Notes: a model not told the origin generated them from the letters alone. Counted from the stretch's first letter, positions 20,355-31,633 are shown. The stretch: 64,000 nucleotides of DNA from a bacterium (GCA_016125385.1 WGLV01000050.1:58454-122453); one strand, 5' to 3'. Translations and numbers: made by a program.

Positions 20355-20392
20355 CGCGTCGTTCCCTCAACCAATGTTCGTCTATTTGAGAG

Positions 20393-20409
20393 AGCAACGG
20401 GAATGCCAA
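20393..20409 (-). promoter_or_regulatory. Sigma-54 (-24/-12) promoter
   Basis: TTGGCATTCCCGTTGCT on the minus strand, about 40 nt upstream of ATG 20354; matches TGGCA-N6-TTGC spacing. Confidence 0.6.
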
Positions 20410-20695
20410 CTCGCCTTCAACGCCACAATTTATTGACTATGTTACACTTACATCAACCTTCAATTTGATTATCAATTTGAAAGGCGGCAGGTTTCGCCTG
20501 GTATAATTTACCGAAGAGGAAAGAACCGCCGTTTTGATTCGCCCGAACTCGCGCGGCATGACACAATTCAAAATTCCAGCCATTCCAAGTCATTGTATTT
20601 CAAACCCGGTTTCTGACGGCTCCGCCCAGCGGCCGATTCGGCGGCTGGGCGGTTGAAACTCATTCAATCGTTTAATAGCGATCCGCTTACAATCG

Positions 20696-23194
20696 CTATT
20701 CCTCAGTCTTCTTCGCCGGCGAGGCGTCCTGCTCCATCGCGGCAGCGGCTTCAGAGAGTTTTTCTTCTTTCGCTTCCGGCAGTTTTCCGATAGCCGCCAC
20801 CTCGTCGCCTTCTTCCAGCCTGATCAGACGGACGCCCTGCGTGTTCCGCGAGATGGAGCGGATATCCGACACGCTGGTGCGAATCGCTACGCCGCCCTTG
20901 GTCACCATCATGAATTCATCTTCATCGAAACAGACCAGCACCCCGACGACCTTGCCATTGCGTTCGTTGGTCTGAATATCGATCACGCCCTTGCCGCCAC
21001 GATGTATCTTCCGGTATTGCGATACCTCGGTGCGTTTGCCATAACCGGATTGAGTCACGGTCAACAGAAAGGCGTCGTCGTTACACACCACCATGCCAAT
21101 GACCTCATCGTCGCCTTCGAGGCGGATGCCGGTTACGCCGCGCGCGGTGCGGCCCATGGCGCGCACGTCGCTTTCCTGAAAGCGAATCGCGACGCCGTTG
21201 CGGGTGGCGATTATGACCTCGTCGTTCCCGGTGGTTAACCAGACGCTCAGCAGTTCATCACCCTCATCAAGGCTGATGGCATTGATGCCGCCCTTGCGCG
21301 GATTCGAGAACGCGGTCAGATCGGTTTTCTTCACTACGCCCCTCTTGGTGGCCATGACGATGTAACGGCCTTCGATGAAGTCCGCCACGGGAAGCATGGC
21401 GGTGACGTGTTCATCCTTCTCCAGCTGGAGCAGATTGACGATAGCTTTGCCCTTGGAGGAACGCCCGGTTTCGGGCAATTCATATACCTTGAGCCAGTGA
21501 ACCCGCCCGCGATCGGTGAAAAAGAGAATGTAATGATGGGTGGAGGCGATGAAGAGATGTTCAACAAAATCTTCATCCTTGGTTGACATGGCGTTGATGC
21601 CGCGTCCGCCGCGCAACTGGCGCCGGTATACCGACGTGGCGATGCGCTTGATATAGCCGGTGTGGGATACCGTCACCACCATGTTTTCTTCAGCGATAAG
21701 GTCTTCGACCTCCAGGTCGGATGCTTCGTTGACGATCTGGGTACGGCGTTTGTCGCCAAAGCGCTCTTTGATCTTGAGCAGTTCGTCCTTCATGATGCTC
21801 ATCAGCAGACCGTCATCGCTAAGGATTTTGTTGTAGTATTCGATATCCTTTAAAAGTTGCTGGTATTCGTCTTCGAGTTTCTGACGTTCGAGACCGATGA
21901 GGCGCTGTAACTGCATTTCGAGAATGGCCTTGGCCTGAATCTCGGAGAGTTCAAAACGCGTCATCAGTTTCGCCATCGCTTCATCGCGGTCGTTCGACTT
22001 GCGAATCAGTTCAACGATTTCATCAATGTTGTCGACGGCGATGCGCAGGCCCTCGACGATATGCAGCCGGGCGAGCGCTTTATCGAGATCGTACTGGGTA
22101 CGCCGGGTGATGACTTCACGGCGGTGATTGACGAAATGTTCGATCAACTCGCGCAGGGTGAAATACTGCGGGCGATTGTCGATCAGGCCCAGCAGGATGA
22201 TGCCGAAGGTGGACTGCATGCGGGTGTTTTTGTAGAGCTGATTGAGGATGACGTCAAAGTTTTCACCCCGTTTCAACTCCACCACCACTCGCATGCCCTC
22301 GCGGTCGGATTCATCGCGAATGTCGGAGATGCCCTCGATCTTCTTGTTGCGCACCAGATCCGCGACTTCTTCAACCAGGCGCGCCTTGTTAACCATGTAG
22401 GGGATCTCGGTCACCACGATGGCTTCCTTACCCTGCGATAGCTGCTCGCGATGGGTGACCGCGCGCATGATGACGCGGCCGCGGCCGGTGGAATACGCTT
22501 CGGCGATGCCCGCGCGGCCGCAGATATAGGCGCCGGTGGGGAAATCGGGCCCCTTGATGTACTTCATCAACCCGCCGGTATCGATCTCGGGGTTTTCAAC
22601 GAAGGCGACGGTGGCGTCGATTACCTCGCTCAGGTTATGCGGAGGTATGTTGGTGGCCATACCGACCGCGATGCCGGCGGCGCCGTTAACCAGCAGGTTT
22701 GGTATCTCCGATGGAAGAATGACCGGTTCCTTCATCTGCCCGTCGAAGTTCGGCATGAAGTCGACCGTATTCTTTTCGATGTCGGTGGAAAGCGTTTCGG
22801 CAATGGCGGAGAGGCGTGCCTCGGTATACCGCATCGCCGCCGCGTTATCGCCGTCGACGGAGCCGAAGTTTCCCTGCCCGTCCACCAGCGGATAGCGGTA
22901 AGAGAAGTTCTGGGCCATACGGACGAGCGTATCGTAAATCGCGGAGTCGCCGTGCGGGTGGTATTTACCCATGGTCTCGCCGACGATACGGGCCGATTTT
23001 TTGTACGAGGAGCGATGCGAGAGACCGAGCTCCTTCATGGCGTAGACGATGCGGCGCTGAACGGGTTTGAGGCCGTCGCGTACATCAGGCAGGGCTCGCT
23101 GCACGATAACCGACATCGCGTAGCTGATATACGAGGTCTTCATTTCGTCTTCAATGTTGATTGGACGAATTCGCTCGTTATCGTTTGAAAACAT
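20696..23194 (-). CDS. gyrA: DNA gyrase subunit A
   Basis: [25 protein letters not shown], catalytic AAMRYTE, GyrA box QLRGGRG, C-terminal pinwheel repeats. Confidence 0.98.
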   Translation of the reverse strand: MFSNDNERIRPINIEDEMKTSYISYAMSVIVQRALPDVRDGLKPVQRRIVYAMKELGLSHRSSYKKSARIVGETMGKYHPHGDSAIYDTLVRMAQNFSYRYPLVDGQGNFGSVDGDNAAAMRYTEARLSAIAETLSTDIEKNTVDFMPNFDGQMKEPVILPSEIPNLLVNGAAGIAVGMATNIPPHNLSEVIDATVAFVENPEIDTGGLMKYIKGPDFPTGAYICGRAGIAEAYSTGRGRVIMRAVTHREQLSQGKEAIVVTEIPYMVNKARLVEEVADLVRNKKIEGISDIRDESDREGMRVVVELKRGENFDVILNQLYKNTRMQSTFGIILLGLIDNRPQYFTLRELIEHFVNHRREVITRRTQYDLDKALARLHIVEGLRIAVDNIDEIVELIRKSNDRDEAMAKLMTRFELSEIQAKAILEMQLQRLIGLERQKLEDEYQQLLKDIEYYNKILSDDGLLMSIMKDELLKIKERFGDKRRTQIVNEASDLEVEDLIAEENMVVTVSHTGYIKRIATSVYRRQLRGGRGINAMSTKDEDFVEHLFIASTHHYILFFTDRGRVHWLKVYELPETGRSSKGKAIVNLLQLEKDEHVTAMLPVADFIEGRYIVMATKRGVVKKTDLTAFSNPRKGGINAISLDEGDELLSVWLTTGNDEVIIATRNGVAIRFQESDVRAMGRTARGVTGIRLEGDDEVIGMVVCNDDAFLLTVTQSGYGKRTEVSQYRKIHRGGKGVIDIQTNERNGKVVGVLVCFDEDEFMMVTKGGVAIRTSVSDIRSISRNTQGVRLIRLEEGDEVAAIGKLPEAKEEKLSEAAAAMEQDASPAKKTEE

Positions 23195-23527
23195 ATCGTT
23201 ACGTCTCCACTCTGGAATTGATCTGATTCAATCGGACCGGAGCCATGCGCTGAAGTTCAGGATTTTCGAGTTTGCACGCATGGCGAACAAACCGGACGAT
23301 CGCAGGGAGATGGGGCGCGGAACCGAAGCATCGGTATGGATGTTTTACTGGCAGGTTCTGAAACGCCTCAACCCTTGCCGCCGCATTCATTTTGAAATGC
23401 GGCGCACCGGATTTCATGCACTGATAATAAATAACGTAAACAGGAATAATATTTTACGCGGTTTATGACCTTAAAGCAATCCTTAAGCGTTGTTATGAGA
23501 AAGAGATATCTCAAGCGTAAATGGCCC

Positions 23528-23544
23528 TTGGCCACTCTCTTGCA
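23528..23544 (+). promoter_or_regulatory. Possible sigma-54 promoter
   Basis: TTGGCCACTCTCTTGCA has correct GG/GC spacing but is an imperfect match; lies upstream of the ORF at 23674. Confidence 0.35.
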
Positions 23545-23673
23545 TTCAATATTATATTATGTACTGCAAACAAATTTTTTGTGTCATAATCAGTTATTCT
23601 CAATGACGGGGAAAATCTTATCCGCCCTGATTCCCCCAACCTGAAAACGGTTCACATTCAAAACCTTCACGCC

Positions 23674-24486
23674 ATGCGACTCTCCAACCGTTTCACCCAT
23701 TCCACGATCAACATGTTCTGGATTCCGTTCATGCTGATCGGCTCAACCTTTCCGGTGTACGCCTCGCTGACTGGATACGAACACGAAACCGTCCGATTCG
23801 TCTCGTTTCTGGTCGAAACGCACACGAGCGTAATCCACGCGAAAGACGACGTGCGCGAACAGGTGTTGTGGCAGGATATTTACCTCGATCTGGCACAGGG
23901 CCGAGGCGTCACCCGCGTGATTGAGGGGGCGACGAAGCCAGCGAATTTCTCGCAACCCGAATTGACGGTTGTGATGACTGGCGACGAGGTATCACAAATC
24001 GATCACCGCAACCACCGCGTCCTGGTAGGTGATTACCACCCCGCGACCGTGGAAAGTTCTACCTTCCTCTACGCGGGGCGCGTCTATCGCGGGGTTATGC
24101 TGGCGGATGCGATTGAATCGGCAAGCGGCGAACAAATTACCAACGAAAATAATGGCGTCCGGCGAATTGAATTCGGCGATAAGAGCGCCCTGCATGGCGT
24201 GGTCATTACACTGGATAAACAGAATCACGTTAGGTCGCTTCAAGACAACGAGCGTCAGTATCAATGCGAATGGAAACAGATTGAATCTGGCGGCTTCTGG
24301 TATGTCGCTCATCTGCGCTATTCGCTGGAGCTGGGAATCAGGCGAACCGTCATTGAGGATACCGTGCATGAATGCCGCGTGTACGACTCGCTTCCCGACG
24401 CGTTTTTCCAGCCGGTGTATCCGGAATCATACAGGTTGAAAGACTTGAGAAAACTGTTGCGTCCCCCTTCATCCCTTTCCAAGTAA
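23674..24486 (+). CDS. Hypothetical exported beta-rich protein
   Basis: 270-aa ORF with hydrophobic N-terminus; no recognised family; start uncertain. Confidence 0.6.
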   Translation: MRLSNRFTHSTINMFWIPFMLIGSTFPVYASLTGYEHETVRFVSFLVETHTSVIHAKDDVREQVLWQDIYLDLAQGRGVTRVIEGATKPANFSQPELTVVMTGDEVSQIDHRNHRVLVGDYHPATVESSTFLYAGRVYRGVMLADAIESASGEQITNENNGVRRIEFGDKSALHGVVITLDKQNHVRSLQDNERQYQCEWKQIESGGFWYVAHLRYSLELGIRRTVIEDTVHECRVYDSLPDAFFQPVYPESYRLKDLRKLLRPPSSLSK

Positions 24487-24568
24487 AGCAACCTGTTAGA
24501 TACTGATAACCGGATGTAAATCAGATGCTATCAACGGTTCAAACCTAAAAGTCCACGGAGGATCGATC

Positions 24569-26062
24569 ATGCGCAGCACACCCATCGGGATCGCCATGCT
24601 GAATGACGAGCGCGAGCACGTGTACACGCAAAATAACCCGGAAAACCGGAAAGTCGTCGACAGCTGGGCCGACCTGATTCGAAAGAAACTGAAAAACATC
24701 GACGGTTCCGCGCCGGAACTGGTGGTGGGCAGCGACATCATCGTCAATGTCCGCACCGCCCAGAAGGTCGGCGAAGAATTTTCACGCGCCAACGTAAAAC
24801 AGGTCATCATGCTGTACAACGTGTGGAACTTTCCCTTCCTGGCCTGGCCGTTTCTCAACAGTCTGGGCGACGTGCCCGTATTGAGCCTGTCGAATAATAA
24901 CGGCAAGTTTCCTGGAAACGTGGGGTTGCTGGCGACGGACGGCGCCCTGCGGCAGGCAGGTAAGCGTACCCATCGAATCGTCGGAGACCTGAAAGACAAG
25001 AAGACGCAACAGCGCGTACTCGACTGGATTCGCGCCAGCCAGGCGGTCACGACCATCCACAACGAAGTCTTCGGCCTGTACGGCGGCCATTCGATGGGAA
25101 TGGAAACGGGCTTCGCCCACCTGACGCCGACGCTGAAATCGCTGGGATGCACGGTTCGCCAGATCGACCAGCTCTGGCTGCTGAAAGCGATGGAAGACGT
25201 CGATTCAAGCGAAGTTAAAAAAGGCCGTGAATGGTTCGAAAGTTTGCTGGGCAACCGGCTGCTGTACGATGGAAAGATGCTGACGCCGGAGACGCTGGAA
25301 CGGCAGATCGCATTGTACCTCGCGATGAAGGCGGTGAACGAAGACAAGGGCTTCGATTTCTGCGGCCTGAAGGGTCAACGCGAATTGACTGAGTACGTAT
25401 GTCTTGGCGACGTTCCTGAAATGATTATGAACGATCCCTACGACTGGAACGGCCCCAAGGAATCGGTGGTGTGTTCGACCGAGGCTGATTTTTACGCGGC
25501 GGTCACCATGCAGTTGATGAAATATATCTCGGGCGGGCTGCCTACGCTGTTCATGGATGTGCGCCTGTATCACCCCAAGCAGGATATCTGGGACTGGTGC
25601 AACTCGGGCAACCACTCCAGCTGGTTCGCCGCGCAAAGCATGAAGCCGGAAAAGAACTTCAAAAAGATCACTTTCCACCCCGCGCTTGAATACTATTTCA
25701 AAGCGGGCGGCGCCTCGGTTGAGTTCGACGCCGCGCCCGGCGAAATGACGTTCGCGCGCCTTGGGCTGTGGGATGAGAAACCATACATGGTGATCGTTAG
25801 AGGCAAATCGCTCGATCTACCAGCCAAGGATCGTAAAAAACTGAACGATGAAACCAACCCTACCTGGCCGCACGTTCACGCGCGCCTTGAGTGCGATTTC
25901 GAGGAATTCACCAGCGTGTTCCCCTGCAACCACGTGCTGGGCGTGGAAGGCAACCGGGTTCAGGCGCTGGTTTACCTGTGTGAAATCAGCGGTATCACGC
26001 CGGTGGTTCTGGGCAAGACCGCCAAAGGCCTCTACCCGCCCATCTGGGATCAGGTTAAATAA
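24569..26062 (+). CDS. L-fucose isomerase-family protein (cytoplasmic)
   Basis: GGHSMGMET, GLKGQRELTEY, NDPYDWNGPKE, STEAD, LFMDVR, CNSG, TWPH, NH, all FucI-like. Confidence 0.88.
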   Translation: MRSTPIGIAMLNDEREHVYTQNNPENRKVVDSWADLIRKKLKNIDGSAPELVVGSDIIVNVRTAQKVGEEFSRANVKQVIMLYNVWNFPFLAWPFLNSLGDVPVLSLSNNNGKFPGNVGLLATDGALRQAGKRTHRIVGDLKDKKTQQRVLDWIRASQAVTTIHNEVFGLYGGHSMGMETGFAHLTPTLKSLGCTVRQIDQLWLLKAMEDVDSSEVKKGREWFESLLGNRLLYDGKMLTPETLERQIALYLAMKAVNEDKGFDFCGLKGQRELTEYVCLGDVPEMIMNDPYDWNGPKESVVCSTEADFYAAVTMQLMKYISGGLPTLFMDVRLYHPKQDIWDWCNSGNHSSWFAAQSMKPEKNFKKITFHPALEYYFKAGGASVEFDAAPGEMTFARLGLWDEKPYMVIVRGKSLDLPAKDRKKLNDETNPTWPHVHARLECDFEEFTSVFPCNHVLGVEGNRVQALVYLCEISGITPVVLGKTAKGLYPPIWDQVK

Positions 26063-26148
26063 GCGCTGATTTACGCAACACGATGCGGTACAATAACGGG
26101 GACGCGAAAAGCGTCCCCGTTTTCATGAAACAACGAGAGGAGCCGGAC

Positions 26149-26571
26149 ATGAGCGATCGCTGCATCTGGGGAAAGATACTTCGCATTCTTGATGAGCAAC
26201 GAATCATCGTCAGCGCGGGTTTTGAACAGGGAGTCGGACCGGGCGACCATTTTCATATCATACAGATCGGCGAGGAAATCAACGATCCGGAGAGCGGCGA
26301 AGCGCTGGGTCAGTTGCACACCATCAAGGCCGAAGTGGCCGCCGTTCACGTGCAGGACAAAATCAGCCTGATGATGCCGTTAAGCGAACAGCAGATACGG
26401 CCCGACACCGTGCTCTCCGCCGTGCTGGCGCAGACCAGCAGCACCTCGCGCACGCCGCTCGAACCTAATCGCGGACGTCTTTACGTCAGGCCCACGCAGG
26501 TTCACGGCCGCGGCCCAATCGATCCCATTGAAGTCGGCGATACGGTGCGGTCGGTCTTCGCAAAAAAGTAG
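26149..26571 (+). CDS. Hypothetical protein (FlgT C-terminal-like beta domain)
   Basis: IIVSAGFEQGVGPGDHF...GEEINDPESGEALG pattern; GAGGAG RBS. Confidence 0.7.
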   Translation: MSDRCIWGKILRILDEQRIIVSAGFEQGVGPGDHFHIIQIGEEINDPESGEALGQLHTIKAEVAAVHVQDKISLMMPLSEQQIRPDTVLSAVLAQTSSTSRTPLEPNRGRLYVRPTQVHGRGPIDPIEVGDTVRSVFAKK

Positions 26572-26587
26572 GAGAAAAAACTACAAG

Positions 26588-27277
26588 ATGTGTATGATTG
26601 AAGAATTTGTGCAATTAATCCCTAAATCCTTGCTTTCCAAGTCCGGAAAAGTGTTCTATTCGGGTAGGGCTGCTTTTAGTTCTTCATCTCTGATATATAT
26701 ACTCGGGTTAAATCCGGGTGGGTCGCCAGTAAAACAGAAGTCGGAAACCGTCGAGTTGGACGTTCTGAATGATCTACCAGAAGAATGGTCGGCATACTGT
26801 GATGAATCTTGGTTGAATAACCCACCGGGTACGCACGGGCTCCAACCGAGAGTATTGCATTTGTTAAAAAAAACTAAATTAGATCCACGGAGGATTCCAT
26901 CAAGCAACTTAATCTTTGAAAGATCATCTTCCTCGAAGGATTTAAAAGGCCGATTCAATCAACTTGCGGAAGAATGTTGGCCTTTCCATCAACGAGTTAT
27001 AGACAGCCTCGAAATTCGCATAATTCTTTGTTTGGGAATAAACACTGGTAATTGGGTGGCCAGAAAAATTGGAGCCAATCTAGAAATCGATCATTTCACT
27101 GAAAAAAACAAAAGATGCTGGCGATCAACAGCCTTGAAAAATTCTACCGGCCTTTGCGTGGTCAAATTGACCCATCCTAGCAGAGCGAATTGGAAAGCAC
27201 TTGCTACCGATCCGACACAGCTTGTAGAAAGTGTTCTAAACAAGATTCACTCTAAAAAACCGGCATCGCATTGTTGA
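26588..27277 (+). CDS. Uracil-DNA glycosylase superfamily protein (AT-rich)
   Basis: ILGLNPGG motif A-like, SNLIF, ILCLG, LTHPS motif B-like. Confidence 0.7.
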   Translation: MCMIEEFVQLIPKSLLSKSGKVFYSGRAAFSSSSLIYILGLNPGGSPVKQKSETVELDVLNDLPEEWSAYCDESWLNNPPGTHGLQPRVLHLLKKTKLDPRRIPSSNLIFERSSSSKDLKGRFNQLAEECWPFHQRVIDSLEIRIILCLGINTGNWVARKIGANLEIDHFTEKNKRCWRSTALKNSTGLCVVKLTHPSRANWKALATDPTQLVESVLNKIHSKKPASHC

Positions 27278-27278
27278 T

Positions 27279-28484
27279 TTACTTCAACGCCGCGTCGCAT
27301 GACTTGCGCAGATAGTCTTCAAACGCCCAGTCGCCGCTCTGGCCGGTTTGACGGGTAATGACCAGATCAAGGCTCGGGACGAACGCGATGTATTGACCGC
27401 CGGAGCCGGGTTTGGCCCGGGCGTCAGCGGGAATGCCGTCTCCGCTGCGTCCGCTTTCTCCGGTTAAACGCGAGGGCAGTTCCCACCCAAGTGAGAATGT
27501 CTGGGGATTGAGTTTCCAGCGCATTTCCGGCGTTTTAACATCGCTGGACGGCTCGCCCGTCCGATCGACGAACCATTTCGGGATCACCTGACGATCTTCC
27601 CACCGGCCGCCGCGCAACATGCAGTACGCGATGCGAGCCAGATCTCGCGCCGGCATACCTAGCCCGTGACTGGGGTGACGCCCCACTTTTTCGCTTCCAT
27701 CAAAATACTGAAACCACCAATGTTCGACGCCGATAGGTTTGAACAACGCTTCAATCGCGAACTGGTCATACGGTTTGCCCGTGACGGTCTCGCAGACCAG
27801 CGCCGCATGGTCGAGCGCGTGCGTTGAATATCCGCATCCCTCACCAGGATCGAAGGCCAGCCGGGCCGTGCGTTCATCTCCGCTGTGACCGAGCACGTAA
27901 TCCCACGAACCGTCATTCGGAGCGCCGACCGCCTCTGGACAGATCCCCGAGGTATGATTTAGAAGTTGTTTGACCGTGATTTGAGCTTTGCGGGGATCGC
28001 TGAGCGGTTGAGCCCAGGGGATGAAATCGAACGCCGGGTCGTCAAACGTCATTTCCCGAGGCGTCTCGCCATGCTGGCTTCGTTCCGAAGCGATGGCGAG
28101 CACGGTCGCGCAAATCGCTTTCGAGACGGAAGCGACGCGGCGGGAATCGGTGATCGAGCTGTTTCCACGTTCAACTTCGAGAACGATATAGCCGTTGCGA
28201 ATCACCACGGCGGCGAATGGCCGGTCGTCCGACTGAAGAAGCCACTCTTTCAGCTCATCCAATTTGGAGTGATCCATGCCCGCCAACGTACGGATATCGC
28301 CGGGTCGCTCCAGTTTTCGCCACCCGCCCTGCGATTCCGGCGGAGGGAAATAAGCCATACCAGCCTGCTCATTATTTTGAACCAACAGCCGCGACCCGCC
28401 TTTGGCTCTCATGTCGGCAGGCATCACCGCCAATAGTGAAGCGGCGCTCATCCAGATTAAAATTGAGAAAAGATTTCGCCACAT
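27279..28484 (-). CDS. Serine hydrolase, beta-lactamase class C-like
   Basis: SxxK (SVSK), ITVKQLLNHTSG, FDPG...YS, GSGGQY, DLVI; signal peptide. Confidence 0.88.
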   Translation of the reverse strand: MWRNLFSILIWMSAASLLAVMPADMRAKGGSRLLVQNNEQAGMAYFPPPESQGGWRKLERPGDIRTLAGMDHSKLDELKEWLLQSDDRPFAAVVIRNGYIVLEVERGNSSITDSRRVASVSKAICATVLAIASERSQHGETPREMTFDDPAFDFIPWAQPLSDPRKAQITVKQLLNHTSGICPEAVGAPNDGSWDYVLGHSGDERTARLAFDPGEGCGYSTHALDHAALVCETVTGKPYDQFAIEALFKPIGVEHWWFQYFDGSEKVGRHPSHGLGMPARDLARIAYCMLRGGRWEDRQVIPKWFVDRTGEPSSDVKTPEMRWKLNPQTFSLGWELPSRLTGESGRSGDGIPADARAKPGSGGQYIAFVPSLDLVITRQTGQSGDWAFEDYLRKSCDAALK

Positions 28485-28580
28485 GATGAATCTCCCGCAT
28501 TGAGTTTCCGCTTCGCTCGCGCCAATGGCGCGTTATCCATTGTCGCACCCGAAGATGGATTCATGCAACATCAAGACGCA

Positions 28581-29606
28581 TCAGAGTCTTTTCACCCGCG
28601 GATTTCTGAAATAGACCGCCCGTTTGTAATCATTTCGCTGCAGTGCGATGCTTCCCATCGCGGAGTGGCTCGCAAGAGTTGGGATGGAATTCAGCGCGAA
28701 TCCATTGATGACGACGGTCTGATTTATCCTCACCCAGACGCGGCCGTCGAGATAAACGATCTCATACGCGTCCCACTCGCCGATGGGGCCGCGCGGGTCG
28801 GAAGTCGGCGCGACGAATCGCTCGATCGCTCCATTCGAGTGCGGCGTAAGAGGTTCGCCCATCGTCGCATCCAGTTGAATCTCGACCCGGTCATCGCGTT
28901 TGTATATTTCTTTCAGAGGTGTATGGATCAGAACTCCACTGTTACCACGTTCCTCGAATTTCGCGTCGAATCGCAATACGAAATTCCCAAATTGTTTTTT
29001 GGAGATCACCGCCCAGTAATCCCAACCGCCGACTTTCAACACGCCGCCTTCCTCGACTTTGGGACCGGCTTTTTCCAGCCCCTGAATTATCCATCCGCCG
29101 GGATGCTCGGCGTTCATCTCATCGAACAGCGGCTCAAACTCCGCGTCATCAATGTCATAAAGAGCAATGATTTCCGTGTTACCCGGCTGATGCAGACCGG
29201 CTGATTTGGAGTCAACCGGTCGAGCTGTTGGTTCATCCGGCGGGCTCAGCGCCGGCGAAGAGGACGTGAATGGATAATCAGCAGAGGGTGTAGGTTCGGA
29301 CGATTCCTCGATCGGAGCGGGCGTTTGAGTTACGGCAAGTGGCTGAGACGGAGAAACCGGCACGGATGGAATCAACCTTTGCAATTCATCTGCTCGTGAG
29401 GGAATTTCTTTCCGCAACGCATCGATTTGCTCGTTCAATGAGTCGAGCCGTGTATTTATGGCTTCCTCAAGCGTGAGCTTCGCGGGCGCTTCATGAAGAG
29501 ACGCCGCGATGGACTGAATCGCCTGGTGATTCCGGTATTCGCCATATCCGACCGCAATGAATCCAAACAGCAATAAAAATCCGATGATCCAAGTGGATTT
29601 ATTCAT
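28581..29606 (-). CDS. Membrane-anchored DUF1080 (3-keto-disaccharide hydrolase-like) protein
   Basis: N-terminal TM, coiled coil, Pro-rich linker, then FGNFVLRFD, GNSGV, EIQL, GEW, GSIALQ, VYFRN. Confidence 0.85.
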   Translation of the reverse strand: MNKSTWIIGFLLLFGFIAVGYGEYRNHQAIQSIAASLHEAPAKLTLEEAINTRLDSLNEQIDALRKEIPSRADELQRLIPSVPVSPSQPLAVTQTPAPIEESSEPTPSADYPFTSSSPALSPPDEPTARPVDSKSAGLHQPGNTEIIALYDIDDAEFEPLFDEMNAEHPGGWIIQGLEKAGPKVEEGGVLKVGGWDYWAVISKKQFGNFVLRFDAKFEERGNSGVLIHTPLKEIYKRDDRVEIQLDATMGEPLTPHSNGAIERFVAPTSDPRGPIGEWDAYEIVYLDGRVWVRINQTVVINGFALNSIPTLASHSAMGSIALQRNDYKRAVYFRNPRVKRL

Positions 29607-29664
29607 CCCGCCCCCTCCTTATGTCATCGATACATCGTATATATCGATAACACGCCATGACGGG

Positions 29665-29976
29665 CTAATGCAACGGGGGGATGATGATCGCACAGAGGTA
29701 GGGGAACTCCTGTTGATCGCGCAGTCGAAATACAGCTCCGTTTTCTGGCGGAATCACTTTGGCGGGATCGGTCTCGTTATAGATCACCGTCTCCACCTCC
29801 AACTCGCCGAGTTGTTTGCTTTCCTCCGATAATGCGCGGCCATAGATATACAGGCCCTTTAAAAGCAAAACCCGGCCGAACAGTTCCGGCCGGGTTGAGA
29901 GATCGAGATTGAGCCCCAGCTGAAGACGAGGGCGATTCAGATTCATCAGAAAGCGGATTTTCTCTTCCCGCTGCAT
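29665..29976 (-). CDS. Hypothetical protein
   Basis: 103-aa ORF tightly packed in a minus-strand run. Confidence 0.55.
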   Translation of the reverse strand: MQREEKIRFLMNLNRPRLQLGLNLDLSTRPELFGRVLLLKGLYIYGRALSEESKQLGELEVETVIYNETDPAKVIPPENGAVFRLRDQQEFPYLCAIIIPPLH

Positions 29977-29983
29977 CGCTGGT

Positions 29984-31603
29984 TCAGCCGCCGGATTCAG
30001 CCCGGTTGATCTTTGACGGAGGCTGTTTTTCCACTTCGACGGAGCGCACCGCCATCGAGCCGTTAATCACGGCGAATCGGAAATCGGAAGCGCCGTTCTC
30101 GCGATTGACGAATCGCGCGTCCTCCAGCGTGACCTCCTTCGTCACCCACTGCCGGGTGTTGCGGCAGGTGACGCGCGGCGCCGCCTTATAGGCGCCGTTC
30201 AGCGTCGCGCTGGAATCGTGCGAATCATATTCAAGAACATGCGACTGAAAACCGTCGTCCCAATAGGTATAGCGCACATGCAGCGTCACCTTCTGGTCGT
30301 AATAGAAGGGATCGACGACGGAGAAATACATATACCCCGTGCCCGCTTCATCGGTTTGGGCGCAGCCTTCACCGCCGATCACCGCGTTATGTACCGGGCC
30401 GTCGGGTTGCCCCGGAACCAACCGGATTCCGGATGACGAGCCATTCGCGCCCAGCGTCACGGAAACCGCCGACGCGTCTTTATACTCGGATCCTTCCGTC
30501 GATGGCGGGCGCGGGACTGGATCGGGATGCACGAGTTCAATGGTCTCGGTTCCCTTCTCTCCCGCTTTGAAAAGGTCGACGTAATGGCGCGTCAGCTGAA
30601 TGTATTGATCGCCATACTCACGTGAATCGCAGATGCTGGTACCTTCGTGCATCTCGTTCCAGGTTTCGACCAGAACGATACGCGCGGTGCTGTTAAGAAT
30701 CTGATTCCATCCCCAGCGATAGAAGTTTCCGTTTTCCCGCTCGCGGATGGGCGTCGAGCGCCCCGGCACGGCGGAGTCGTTGTAGCCGGCCCCGACCTGC
30801 GCGACGCGGCTGTTGATATACGGACCGCTGAGAGCCGCCCCCCATTGCGTAACGCCGTCGGTGTTTCCGCCCCATGAATTATCACGGATAATGAAGGGAC
30901 GCATGCCGAAATCCTGCTGGAATCGATCGTAAACGTATTCAAACAGAGTCGCGTCATGCGCCATGGCGAACGAGGATGAATACAAAACAACCAGCGGGCG
31001 GCCTCCGACGGCGGCCCAGTTGCGCGGTTCGATCTGGTAGAAGAAATCGCGGATGGTGCGATAGAAGATGTCTTTCCCCTCTTCTTCACGCAGGTCGTAC
31101 TTTTCACTGCGGCCCACTTCACCGCGCGTACCCGGCAGCAGCGTACTGGTATCATAAAACAGGCCGATCTTTGGACTGGGTTTGCCCTCGGCGCGGCGTT
31201 TTTCTATCGCCCATTGCAGCGGCCCCAGCCCATTCACGCTGAACGAGATGTCTGATTTGAAATAGTTATCAACCACGCCCCAATAGACCGGCATGATGAA
31301 ATCAAGCCCCGCCTTGACGCAATCGTCCAACTGCTTTGCATGCCATTCAGCGCTGTTGAAGCTGACCGATTCGGGATCGGGGTAGTGATCCTGCAGAATA
31401 TCGATGGTATGAGCGCCGTCGTTGAAGAAGTGATGATCGGGATACGAGTACCAATAAAAGTAATGTGTACCCACGATCTTTTCACTGTTCGAAAACGATT
31501 CGATATCGTTCAAGGCGCCAGCGGACCACACCGGCCTGAACTGGGGCGCGGCTGACGCGGGCAACACGAACAAGGCGATGAGCATAAGACGTGCGAGTTT
31601 CAT
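29984..31603 (-). CDS. DUF5010/GH99-like glycoside hydrolase with C-terminal CBM-like domain
   Basis: THYFYWY, AGLDFIMPVYWG, IGLFYDT, ETWNEMHEGT; signal peptide. Confidence 0.8.
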   Translation of the reverse strand: MKLARLMLIALFVLPASAAPQFRPVWSAGALNDIESFSNSEKIVGTHYFYWYSYPDHHFFNDGAHTIDILQDHYPDPESVSFNSAEWHAKQLDDCVKAGLDFIMPVYWGVVDNYFKSDISFSVNGLGPLQWAIEKRRAEGKPSPKIGLFYDTSTLLPGTRGEVGRSEKYDLREEEGKDIFYRTIRDFFYQIEPRNWAAVGGRPLVVLYSSSFAMAHDATLFEYVYDRFQQDFGMRPFIIRDNSWGGNTDGVTQWGAALSGPYINSRVAQVGAGYNDSAVPGRSTPIRERENGNFYRWGWNQILNSTARIVLVETWNEMHEGTSICDSREYGDQYIQLTRHYVDLFKAGEKGTETIELVHPDPVPRPPSTEGSEYKDASAVSVTLGANGSSSGIRLVPGQPDGPVHNAVIGGEGCAQTDEAGTGYMYFSVVDPFYYDQKVTLHVRYTYWDDGFQSHVLEYDSHDSSATLNGAYKAAPRVTCRNTRQWVTKEVTLEDARFVNRENGASDFRFAVINGSMAVRSVEVEKQPPSKINRAESGG

Positions 31604-31633
31604 TGAATCGCCTCCCTGAAAAATAGTCGTTAC

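Noticed and set aside
20696-23194. gyrA as a self-resistance copy for the PKS cluster, or as parC
   Set aside because: It has a GyrA box, lies about 11 kb beyond the cluster terminator among unrelated genes, and there is no evidence of duplication in the window.
23199-23468. Short ORFs upstream of gyrA
   Set aside because: No motifs or RBS support; treated as leader/intergenic DNA.
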